Source: Gammaproteobacteria bacterium
GTDB lineage: Bacteria; Pseudomonadota; Gammaproteobacteria; Eutrophobiales; Eutrophobiaceae
Length of the DNA: 64,000 bases
Assembly (NCBI GenBank): GCA_965221695.1
Contig: OZ244905.1
Span: 1,472,001-1,536,000, forward strand
Direction: 5' to 3'
The position numbers and the translations under genes were made by a program. A model generated the notes under the pieces. That model was not told where the DNA came from and made no database searches. It worked only from the letters and a program-made list of their open reading frames with translations. Within the stretch, counting starts at the first letter, position 1. The number at the start of each line of letters is the position of its first letter. This document shows positions 19,014-27,409 of this stretch, in pieces.

Positions 19014-20771
19014 TTACATGGCGCGCCGTAGCTGTGCCGTTTCAGCCCGGGCAATCGTATAATCGAAAGGAGCCCCGTCGCCGTGGATTGCGACTCCGTA
19101 TTGTTCTCGCGCGGCTTCGATGGAGACCAGGCCGTTGCGCACATCGCGCAGCACAGCTTCCGGATCGCGTTGCCGGGGGTCGCCGAAACCACCGCCGCCA
19201 CTGGAGACGATGGCCATGGTATCCCCCTGGTTTAGGGTATACATACGGTTGCCGTCAATCTGTTCCTTGCTGCCATCGGCGTGCTCCAGCGTCATCCGGT
19301 GCGGAACCGCGCCGCGCCCGCCGCATATGCCCAGGGGCGCAGTGAAATCACGGGCGCCACTGCCGAAATTAGCGCAAGCGATGTTATCGCCCTCAATGGT
19401 AAAGGTATAACGCACTCCAAAGCCGCCGCGCCATTGGCCCGGTCCGGCGCTGTCGGGTTCAATTTCGTACTCCACCAGTTTATACGGGGTCACCAGTTCA
19501 TGCAGTTCCGGGTCCGGCGCGCGCAATCCGCCCAGGGTAACCGGGGTGCCCACGTGATCCCAACCATCGTATCCGTTTACCGCGCCGCCGCCGCCCTTAC
19601 TCATGAAGTGGATATCCGCGAAGAAGCGGCCGGCTCCGGGGTGGATGCCCATAGTAGCTGGAGCGCACCAACGTCCCCACAGAGCTGGAACCTGTTCCGG
19701 TATGACCTGCGCCAGGGCCAGCCAGGTGGCTTCGATCATGGCCTCACCGACACACAGGGTGCAGCATGAGGTGGGCGCGGGTTCCGCCGCATTCACTATT
19801 GTTCCCGACGGCGCAATTACATGCAAAGGCCGCACCGCGCCGTCGTTGAAATCGATGTCGTTGCTGATGGCGCCGGTCGCAAACAAGGCCAGGTGGCTCA
19901 TGGCATTGGTGTTCGGCAGGGTGCTGTTGATGTAACCCGTAGCCTGCGGGTCGCTACCGGTATAATCAAAGGTGATGTTGTCGCCACTGACCTTCAGGGT
20001 AAGCCGCACCACCGGACTCTGGTCAAACACGATGCCGTCATGGTCTATGGCCCGTTCCGCGTAGTACTCGCCGTCCGGTATGGCGGCGATATCGGCGCGC
20101 ACCCGGCGCTCAGTGGCATCCAGTATTTGCGCAGTAGCGGCGGAGAGCGTCGCGACGCCGTACTGGTCCAGCAGCGTTATCAAGCGTCTTTCTCCCAGGT
20201 TGACCGCGCCGATCTGGCACTGTATGTCCCCCTCCACCAACTCCCTGGCGCGCACATTGAGCAGGATGAAATCCAACACATCTTCGCGCAGCGCGCCCTT
20301 GTCAGCCAGACGCAGGCATGGAATACGTAAAGCATCCTCCCAAGCATCCCGGGCTTGGGGGTTATAGCCAACCACGCCACCACCGCCCATGTCGGCATGA
20401 TGGCCCTTGGAAAGCAACCAGTAACACAACTGCCCGTCGCGAAATACCGGTTTCATGACGTTCAGATCCGGCGGATGGTTGTTGCCGCGGTAGGGATCGT
20501 TCAGCACGAACAGGTCGCCCTCGTGAATATCACCGGCAAAGCGTTCTGCAATCGCCTTGGCTGTGAACGGGGTGGATGCGGCAATGTCAGGGATATAAAT
20601 TGTTTGCGCTACCAGTTCCGTGTTGCGGTCGAAGATGGCAGTAGTGAAATCACGCGCCTCGGAAAATATCGGCGAACGTGAGGTACGCAACATGGTCTCA
20701 CCCATTTCTTTACAGATGGATGACAACCGTGCGCTGATGATGGCGACATCTACCGGATCAATTTGGCTCAT
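19014..20771 (-). CDS. Hydantoinase B/oxoprolinase family subunit
   Basis: RTSRSPIF, NDPYRGNNHPPD, HHADMGG, GGGGFGDP. Confidence 0.93.
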   Translation of the reverse strand: MSQIDPVDVAIISARLSSICKEMGETMLRTSRSPIFSEARDFTTAIFDRNTELVAQTIYIPDIAASTPFTAKAIAERFAGDIHEGDLFVLNDPYRGNNHPPDLNVMKPVFRDGQLCYWLLSKGHHADMGGGGVVGYNPQARDAWEDALRIPCLRLADKGALREDVLDFILLNVRARELVEGDIQCQIGAVNLGERRLITLLDQYGVATLSAATAQILDATERRVRADIAAIPDGEYYAERAIDHDGIVFDQSPVVRLTLKVSGDNITFDYTGSDPQATGYINSTLPNTNAMSHLALFATGAISNDIDFNDGAVRPLHVIAPSGTIVNAAEPAPTSCCTLCVGEAMIEATWLALAQVIPEQVPALWGRWCAPATMGIHPGAGRFFADIHFMSKGGGGAVNGYDGWDHVGTPVTLGGLRAPDPELHELVTPYKLVEYEIEPDSAGPGQWRGGFGVRYTFTIEGDNIACANFGSGARDFTAPLGICGGRGAVPHRMTLEHADGSKEQIDGNRMYTLNQGDTMAIVSSGGGGFGDPRQRDPEAVLRDVRNGLVSIEAAREQYGVAIHGDGAPFDYTIARAETAQLRRAM

Positions 20772-20784
20772 TGGTTATATGCTC

Positions 20785-20819
20785 CTAAGGAACCTCTGAT
20801 TAAATCTCAGAGGTTGCCT
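20785..20819. repeat. Short palindromic repeat between hydantoinase A and B
   Basis: ctaaggaacctctga-ttaaatc-tcagaggtt. Confidence 0.85.
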
Positions 20820-20841
20820 GATTTTATACACAGCGAAGTTC

Positions 20842-22932
20842 TTACACACGCGCCTGTGCGTTCTCTGTTGTGGATATAGACAGCAGGTAGTTCCCCCACT
20901 CATCACAGCTTAGCTGGGTATCGCCAGGCAATACGATGGTTGTGGTGGGCTGTTCGACAATAGCCGGGCCCGGCAGTTGGTTGCCTGGAGACAAAGCGAG
21001 GCCGTCGTAGACGGGCACGGTCATCATCCTGTTGTCGAACCAGGCGGGTCGTTTGCCTTTGCGGGCATGTTCTGCCGAGGGACTGCCGAGCGCGTATTTT
21101 TGTGTTTTCGGTTTCTTCGTAGCCCCGGTGGCGCTCAGACGCAGGTTGATAAGTTCTACTTCAGCATGGGTCATGCTATAGCCGAAGCGTTCATCGTGGA
21201 GACAGTGAAACCGGCTCACCAGTTGTTCCCAGGCTACACCATCCGCTTTGCCTTCGGCGAAGCCTGGCGTTTCAACCTCATTGAACTGGCCGGCATAACG
21301 CAGATCAGCGGAGAAATCCAGGTTAACATCGGCGCTGTCAACTTGTTCTTCGCTGAATGTGGCGCGCGCTATCTGGCTCATCTCTTGGATGGCATCGTTA
21401 ATGACCGCGAAATCCACCAGAGAGCCGACCATTGCGCAAGTGCGAATGTACGTGTGTTTCAAGTCGGACAGCAACATGCCGGCCGCGCAGAACACCGAGG
21501 ATTCCCGTGGCACAAGTAGCGTGTTGATGCCCAGCTCACGGGCGATGGGCGCAGCATGGATAGGGCCAGCGCCGCCGGCGACGATCATGGTGAACGCGCG
21601 CGGGTCCAGGCCGCGTTGCACAGTAACCACGGTCACGGCATTGCCCATGATCGAATTGGCCACCCGGTAGATTCCGTACGCGGCGTCTGTAACGGATAAC
21701 CCCAGCGGTCCGGCGACCCTGGTTTCAATGGCCCTGACAGCCGCGTCACGGTCGAGCTTGAGCGCCCCGCCGTGGAAGTAATCAGCATCCAGATATCCCA
21801 GCGCCAGATCCGCGTCGGTTACCGTGGGTTCTACCCCGCCGCGGCCATAACAGGCCGGCCCGGGATCGGCGCCGGCGCTGGCTGGGCCAACGCGCAATAT
21901 GCCGCCATCATCGACACTGGCTATCGACCCGCCGCCCGCTCCCACGGTGTGAATATCCAGCATGGGCGTCGCCACATGAAAACCGGCCACTTCATTTTCC
22001 GAGGTAACGGCGACACGCCCGTTTCGAACCAAGGCAACATCAAAACTGGTGCCGCCCATGTCCACACAAATAAGGTTTTTGTAATCGTGGGCGCTGCCAT
22101 AGTGAATCCCGGCGCCCGGACCGCCGGCGGGTCCAGACAGCAATGTGTTAACAGCAAAACGGCTCGTGACTCTGGGTGACATGCAACCACCGTTGGACTG
22201 CATGATGTTCAACACGCCGCGGAAGCCATTTTCAGTCAGACGCGCCTCCAGGTTATCCAGGTAACGGGCCAATGGCGGCCCCGTATAGGAATTCAAAGCT
22301 GTCGTGCTATGCCGTTCGTACACGCGTATCTGCGGCAATACTTCACTGGACAGGGAAATGTACACCTCGGGCAAAGCTTCCTGAAGGATTTCCCTTGTGC
22401 GCAACTCATGCGCCGGATTGAGAAACGACCACAAGTATGAGATTGCAACCGCCTCCACTTCGGCAGCGCGTAACACTGCCGCGGCGGCATGGACATCCTG
22501 TTCAATCAGGGGAGTGATGACCCGGCCGTTGGCGTCAATGCGTTCCGTTACCGTCAGCGTCAACGCGCGTTCAATCAGGACAGGCGGCGGCGCCAATTCC
22601 AGGTCGTAGCGCTCCCCGGTCTTCATGCCTCGGCGCATAGCCAACAGGTCGCGAAACCCGCGAGTGGTGATAAAGCCAGTGCGGGCCCCGCTTTGAGTCA
22701 GCACGGCATTGGTGGTAATCGTGGTTCCATGAACGATCGCATCCACCCGGGCGAGAAAATCCTGCAGACCGGTCCGGCTATCCTGCGCGGCCTGTTCCAG
22801 CGCGGCAAATACGCCCAGACTGGGATCAGCCGGTGTAGTGGGCGACTTGCAAATACGTGTCTTCCCTTGTTCATCACACACCAACAGGTCAGTAAAGGTG
22901 CCGCCGACATCGATGCCGATTTGATAACCCAT
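20842..22932 (-). CDS. Hydantoinase A/oxoprolinase family subunit (ATP-binding)
   Basis: DVGGTFTD, HGTTITTN, SGPAGG, DMGGTSFD, GAGGGSI. Confidence 0.94.
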   Translation of the reverse strand: MGYQIGIDVGGTFTDLLVCDEQGKTRICKSPTTPADPSLGVFAALEQAAQDSRTGLQDFLARVDAIVHGTTITTNAVLTQSGARTGFITTRGFRDLLAMRRGMKTGERYDLELAPPPVLIERALTLTVTERIDANGRVITPLIEQDVHAAAAVLRAAEVEAVAISYLWSFLNPAHELRTREILQEALPEVYISLSSEVLPQIRVYERHSTTALNSYTGPPLARYLDNLEARLTENGFRGVLNIMQSNGGCMSPRVTSRFAVNTLLSGPAGGPGAGIHYGSAHDYKNLICVDMGGTSFDVALVRNGRVAVTSENEVAGFHVATPMLDIHTVGAGGGSIASVDDGGILRVGPASAGADPGPACYGRGGVEPTVTDADLALGYLDADYFHGGALKLDRDAAVRAIETRVAGPLGLSVTDAAYGIYRVANSIMGNAVTVVTVQRGLDPRAFTMIVAGGAGPIHAAPIARELGINTLLVPRESSVFCAAGMLLSDLKHTYIRTCAMVGSLVDFAVINDAIQEMSQIARATFSEEQVDSADVNLDFSADLRYAGQFNEVETPGFAEGKADGVAWEQLVSRFHCLHDERFGYSMTHAEVELINLRLSATGATKKPKTQKYALGSPSAEHARKGKRPAWFDNRMMTVPVYDGLALSPGNQLPGPAIVEQPTTTIVLPGDTQLSCDEWGNYLLSISTTENAQARV

Positions 22933-22947
22933 ATTGTTCAGTAATGT

Positions 22948-23106
22948 TTAATGAAGCTCTGAACAAGTTCATCCTGGACTTGTCAGAGCACGCAAAACAA
23001 AAATGCGATTTTTGTTTTGCTGTCAAAATCAATGACGTATCGTCACTGATTTTGGCGATACATCCCTGTATCGCAGGAAACTCTGACTTAATCAGAGTTT
23101 CCTTAA
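22948..23106. mobile_element. ~160-bp five-hairpin MITE-like element, copy 2
   Basis: Same architecture and orientation as copy 1, TTAA at both ends. Confidence 0.85.
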
Positions 23107-23222
23107 GTGAGTCAGAAGCTCCTACGGTACAGAGATGTATCGCCCTATGTCAACCGGCGCCTGCCCCGCGACAAAACCTGTGTTAAACTTTTCAACAGAT
23201 CCGCACCTGACACGCCAGCGAT

Positions 23223-23624
23223 ATGACAGAACAACTGTTACCCTCCGACTTCGCCGACCTGGAGCTATTCGCCGATTGGGCGTTGGCCAATGAAGCCGAC
23301 CGGCTGCAAAAACGCCTTGCCTCTTCGATGGAAGACATCCAGGCGTTCCATGCCGCTATGCTGGCTCGTGTAGAGGACGCGCTGGAATACCTGAACGGCT
23401 TTCCCCTGGACCAGTTGCCGCAACCTGAACAACGTCTCCTGAACCTGACCCTGTCTCTTGCCGAGGTCTGGGTTGCCGTGGAATTGTACAAACAACCGGA
23501 CCATCCTTTTGGTCTGGACATGAGGCGCTTCGTTCCGGGCGAGGCGACTCTGTTCCTCCCGTCTAACCGGGCGCCCGACCCGCAGCAGGAACTTGACAGA
23601 GCAGGCCATGGAACTGTCCCATAA
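23223..23624 (+). CDS. Small helical hypothetical protein preceding the Rieske oxygenase
   Basis: Coding-like ORF (LP.DFADLE..ADWAL, RLASSMEDIQAF) overlapping the Rieske start. Confidence 0.75.
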   Translation: MTEQLLPSDFADLELFADWALANEADRLQKRLASSMEDIQAFHAAMLARVEDALEYLNGFPLDQLPQPEQRLLNLTLSLAEVWVAVELYKQPDHPFGLDMRRFVPGEATLFLPSNRAPDPQQELDRAGHGTVP

Positions 23625-24813
23625 AACGCGCACAGCAAAGTATCCTGAACTGGGAACAGATCCGATCCCCATTCAGCCCTGCATTGACCCGGAGGTATTC
23701 AAAGCGGAGCGGGAAGCTGTATTCCGCCGCTCCTGGCTGAATTTGGGTCGGATCGAACTGATCCCCGAGGCAGGCGATTATTTCGTCAGAGATATCGAAG
23801 TGTGTTTTACCTCGGTCCTCGTAGTGCGCGGACGCGATAACGTCATCCGGGCATTTCATAATATGTGTTCGCACCGGGCCAACCAGGTGGTCTGGAAAAA
23901 TCGCGGCAAATGCCGTGGCTCTTTCGTGTGCCCGTTCCACGGCTGGGCCTTTGATACCCGGGGCAAGCTGATCAACATGACTGACAAGGAAAACTTTTTT
24001 GCCGGCCCCGATGCCGATCTGGATATGACCGAGATCCAGACCGATGTCTGGAACGGTTTCATATTCATCCGCCTCAAACCGCAGGATGATCAGACACTGG
24101 AGGAGTACCTGGAACCGGTTTCAACATCCCTGAAGGACTATCCGTTTGCCGAATTGACCCGGCGCGAATGGTACCGTGTGGACGAGAAAGTGAATTGGAA
24201 GGCGCTACTGGACGCGCAACTGGAAGGCTGGCATGTGCCGTTCCTGCACAAGAACAGCCTGGCCCGGTCAACCTCTGCGGCCGGCATGCTGCTACGTCAC
24301 AGTATTCTGGAAGCTCTCGGCCCCCACGCGCTGGTTGGCACGGAACCGCCACCGGTATTCAATCCTACGCCGGTGGGCAAGGTAAGCCTGAAATACGGCA
24401 TTGGCGCGTACGATGCGTTTGCTTTTACTGAACCGCGGCGCACGGATGCGGACAAATACAACCTCAGAGGCGCGATGAACCTGTACTTCATCTTCCCCAA
24501 CGTCATCATGGGCCTGATGCGGGACTGTTATTGGATGTATAACGTGTGGCCGCTTGCCGTGGACCGAACAATATGGGAGATCGGCGTGAACACGGCGCCG
24601 CCGCGCAACGCGGGAGAGTTGTTTTGTCAGGAATACAACAAGATCGGACTACGCGATACCTTGATGGAAGACACCGCCACCCATGAAAAGGTACAGCAAG
24701 TATTAAAATCCGGCGCCAAGGAACATTTCCATTTCCAGGATGAGGAGCTGGCATTGAGGAACTTCCACCACGCAGTGGACGCCTGCCTGGCAAAACTCCC
24801 GCCCAAGAGTTAA
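23608..24813 (+). CDS. Rieske non-heme iron ring-hydroxylating oxygenase alpha subunit
   Basis: CSH...CPFHGW Rieske ligands; NWK...EGWHVPFLH and distal ED mononuclear Fe motifs. Confidence 0.93.
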   Translation: MELSHKTRTAKYPELGTDPIPIQPCIDPEVFKAEREAVFRRSWLNLGRIELIPEAGDYFVRDIEVCFTSVLVVRGRDNVIRAFHNMCSHRANQVVWKNRGKCRGSFVCPFHGWAFDTRGKLINMTDKENFFAGPDADLDMTEIQTDVWNGFIFIRLKPQDDQTLEEYLEPVSTSLKDYPFAELTRREWYRVDEKVNWKALLDAQLEGWHVPFLHKNSLARSTSAAGMLLRHSILEALGPHALVGTEPPPVFNPTPVGKVSLKYGIGAYDAFAFTEPRRTDADKYNLRGAMNLYFIFPNVIMGLMRDCYWMYNVWPLAVDRTIWEIGVNTAPPRNAGELFCQEYNKIGLRDTLMEDTATHEKVQQVLKSGAKEHFHFQDEELALRNFHHAVDACLAKLPPKS

Positions 24814-24834
24814 CCTGAATGGCAAAGCCGCGCT

Positions 24835-26736
24835 ATGGATAGACTTGCGCATATCACGGCAGGCGTTGCCGGCCATGTCGATCATGGCAAGACCAGCCTG
24901 GTGAAGGCGCTTACCGGCATGGAGACAGACCGTCTCCGGGAAGAAAAGGAAAGAGGCCTGTCGATCGTACCCGGTTACGCGTACCTGGAGTCGGAACGGG
25001 GCGTGATCGATTTAATCGATGTACCCGGCCACGAGGATTTCATTCGTATGATGATTGCCGGCGCCACCGGCATCGATTTCCTGTTACTCACGGTGGCGGC
25101 TAACGAGGGGATCAAGCCGCAGACGCGCGAACACCTGCATATCGCCGACCTGCTCGGCGCCGGCAAGGGCCTGGCAGTCATTACCAAGTCCGACCTGGCA
25201 GGTGACGGCGATTGCGCGCGGGTTGCAGACCAGATCAAAGACTTCAGCGCGGGCACGTTTATGGAAGGCTGCCCAATCATTGAGGCTTCCGTGCATGACG
25301 GCCGGAGTATCGACAATTTGAAGGCGCTGCTGGAACAACAGTTGCGGAGCCCGATCAACAGAAGCGACAGCGGACAGTGCTACCTGCCGCTGGACCGGGT
25401 ATTCACGATGGCCGGCTTCGGCACTATCGCCACCGGCACTCTGAGGAACGGCGCGCTGGCAACCGGCCAGGAGGTCGATATCCTGCCGCAGGGGCGCCGC
25501 GTTGTCATTCGCCAATTACAGGTGCATAACAGGGAGGAAGACATTGCTTACCCGGGCCAGCGGGTTGCGGTAAACCTGCGTAACGTCGACAAGAGCAGCA
25601 TTGCCAGGGGTGATGTGCTGGCTACTCCGGGGTACCTGAAACCCACGCGCCTGCTTGATGTCGAATTGCGCTTGCTGAACGGGTCACATGTTGCGCCGAA
25701 GTACGGTGAGCAGGTGCGCGTCCTGTTCGGGACTTGCGAAAGGTCGGCAAAGTTACGCATCCTGGGGGGTGGTGACGCGCAACCGGGTTCGATGCTCACT
25801 GCCCAGCTTGACTGCGCGCGCGCCGTGGTGGCGCCGGTCGGGGAACGATTTATCGTGCGCAGCTTATCGCCGTCCACGACCCTGGGCGGCGGCCGTATCC
25901 TGGACAACGCCCCGGCAAAGCACCGGCGCGCCGATCTGCGCGCGCTGGCCTACCTGTCCAGGCTGGCGCGCGGAGATACGGCGGAAATCATTAATGAACG
26001 GGTCCGCGCGGCCGGGACCCGGGGGACCGATATCGCTGATTTGGCCAGGTCCGTAAACCTGGCTGAAGCTGAACTGGCGCAGAGACTGGATACAACGGAT
26101 TGTGTATTCATCGAGACACGGCGGGTCATGTCCGGGGACGCATTCGGAGCCTTGTGCGAACAGGCGCTGGCCGAAATCGATGAATTTCACAGGACCAACC
26201 CGCTACGCAAGGGGCAACCCCTGGAAGACCTGCGCACGCGCCTTGCAGATCACATCGACGACACAGTTTTCCGCTTCCTGGTTAACCACCTGGCCGGGGA
26301 AGGTCTTATCCGGACCGATAAATCCCTGGTGCGCCTGCGGGACTTCGATCCTCTGGACGCTCTTGATGCCGATGAAAAAAGGATCGCCGGTGAAATAGCC
26401 GGCGCATTCAAGGCAGGGGCGCTGCAACCGCCTGAATTGAACGAGGTACTGCAGGGCAACCCACAGCGGAAACGCCTGTACCGGCACCTCACCGAGATCG
26501 GCGAACTGGTACCGCTGCATAACAGGGACACGAACCGCACCCTGGTGTTCCATCTCCACAACATCAACGATATGGCGCTCAAACTGCAGCAGGCCTACCC
26601 CGACTCAAAACCGTTTACCGTGGCGGACGTACGCAAACTCGTGGATACTACAAGAAAGTTTGCGATCCCCCTGTTGGAATACCTGGACAACCAGCGCGTG
26701 ACCGTACGTGTCGGGGACAAACGTAAAGTACTATAA
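24835..26736 (+). CDS. selB: Selenocysteine-specific elongation factor
   Basis: GHVDHGKT, DRLREEKERGLSI, DVPGHE, TKSD, C-terminal TRKFAIPLLEYLD winged helix. Confidence 0.96.
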   Translation: MDRLAHITAGVAGHVDHGKTSLVKALTGMETDRLREEKERGLSIVPGYAYLESERGVIDLIDVPGHEDFIRMMIAGATGIDFLLLTVAANEGIKPQTREHLHIADLLGAGKGLAVITKSDLAGDGDCARVADQIKDFSAGTFMEGCPIIEASVHDGRSIDNLKALLEQQLRSPINRSDSGQCYLPLDRVFTMAGFGTIATGTLRNGALATGQEVDILPQGRRVVIRQLQVHNREEDIAYPGQRVAVNLRNVDKSSIARGDVLATPGYLKPTRLLDVELRLLNGSHVAPKYGEQVRVLFGTCERSAKLRILGGGDAQPGSMLTAQLDCARAVVAPVGERFIVRSLSPSTTLGGGRILDNAPAKHRRADLRALAYLSRLARGDTAEIINERVRAAGTRGTDIADLARSVNLAEAELAQRLDTTDCVFIETRRVMSGDAFGALCEQALAEIDEFHRTNPLRKGQPLEDLRTRLADHIDDTVFRFLVNHLAGEGLIRTDKSLVRLRDFDPLDALDADEKRIAGEIAGAFKAGALQPPELNEVLQGNPQRKRLYRHLTEIGELVPLHNRDTNRTLVFHLHNINDMALKLQQAYPDSKPFTVADVRKLVDTTRKFAIPLLEYLDNQRVTVRVGDKRKVL

Positions 26737-26752
26737 AAAAGCTCTGAACAAG
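26734..26752. repeat. Left-end fragment of the 160-bp element
   Basis: taaaaaagctctgaacaag matches gctctgaacaag of copy 2 and starts at the selB TAA. Confidence 0.6.
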
Positions 26753-26761
26753 ACCACCTAT

Positions 26762-26854
26762 GGAGGTGAAAGAAGTCTGGTGACTTCCCTGGTCTTCAAA
26801 ACCAGTGACTTGCCCAACGCGAGTGGTGGGTTCGATTCCCATCCACCTCCGCCA
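26762..26854 (+). tRNA. selC: tRNA-Sec (UCA)
   Basis: 6-bp D stem gaagtc/gacttc with 4-nt loop, ctggt-ctTCAaa-accag, long variable arm, GGTTCGATTCC, GCCA end; follows selB. Confidence 0.96.
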
Positions 26855-26913
26855 TTCAGTTACCAGCCCGCATCACAATGTGCCCACAAAGCACTTTGGC
26901 TGCTGCCGGAGAA

Positions 26914-26941
26914 TTGCATCAGAGTCTAAATCATGTAGAAT
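26914..26941 (+). promoter_or_regulatory. Sigma70-like promoter for the leader ORF
   Basis: TTGCAT, 16 nt, TAGAAT; ATG at 26948. Confidence 0.55.
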
Positions 26942-26947
26942 GGCTTC

Positions 26948-27271
26948 ATGTCGCTAATCAATCAGCACAAATGGATAACATGGCTCGGGATAGTTCTGTT
27001 CCTGGCCGGACAAACGCTCTCCATTGCGCATGCGAGTGAATTCGGCCCGGGTCCCCATGAGCACAATGGCGTTGCTTGTTTCGCGATCCTGAACGATGAG
27101 CAGGACGGGATCGATGCGGCTGCGAATGCCGCTGCGCCAACGTTCATCGCCCTGGTCTCGACCACAGTTCAACCAACGAAACAGGCGCTGCCAAAGCGCT
27201 TGCTTTCGCTTCGACCCCCGCCTACAGGTCCTCCTTCAATCCTGTCCCATTTGAGTTACTTGCACCGTTAA
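26948..27271 (+). CDS. DUF2946-like leader protein (TM helix, His/Cys patch, Pro-rich C-terminus)
   Basis: Hydrophobic N-terminus, AH...HEHNGVAC, RPPPTGPP; sits upstream of a TonB receptor. Confidence 0.65.
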   Translation: MSLINQHKWITWLGIVLFLAGQTLSIAHASEFGPGPHEHNGVACFAILNDEQDGIDAAANAAAPTFIALVSTTVQPTKQALPKRLLSLRPPPTGPPSILSHLSYLHR

Positions 27272-27394
27272 GGGTAACTGCGCCTCTGTGCGCTATTGCC
27301 TTTGCGGCGTTTGAAACACTTACGAACTTACTTGCACCGTTAAGGGCATCCGCATATCTGTGCGCTGCTGCCTTTGCGGTATTCGAAACAGTTA
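27256..27394 (+). repeat. Two-copy direct repeat, 72-bp period
   Basis: ttacttgcaccgttaaggg...tctgtgcgct..tgcctttgcgg..gaaaca.tta at 27256 and 27328; 55/67 identical by hand alignment. Confidence 0.9.
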
Positions 27395-27409
27395 ATGGAT
27401 TCAGGAACA

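Noticed and set aside
3140-23106. Palindromic ~30-bp repeats as a CRISPR array
   Set aside because: Dispersed, both orientations, no regular spacers, no cas genes.
22944-23186. 80-aa ORF over repeat copy 2
   Set aside because: Lies on the structured repeat; no evidence of coding.
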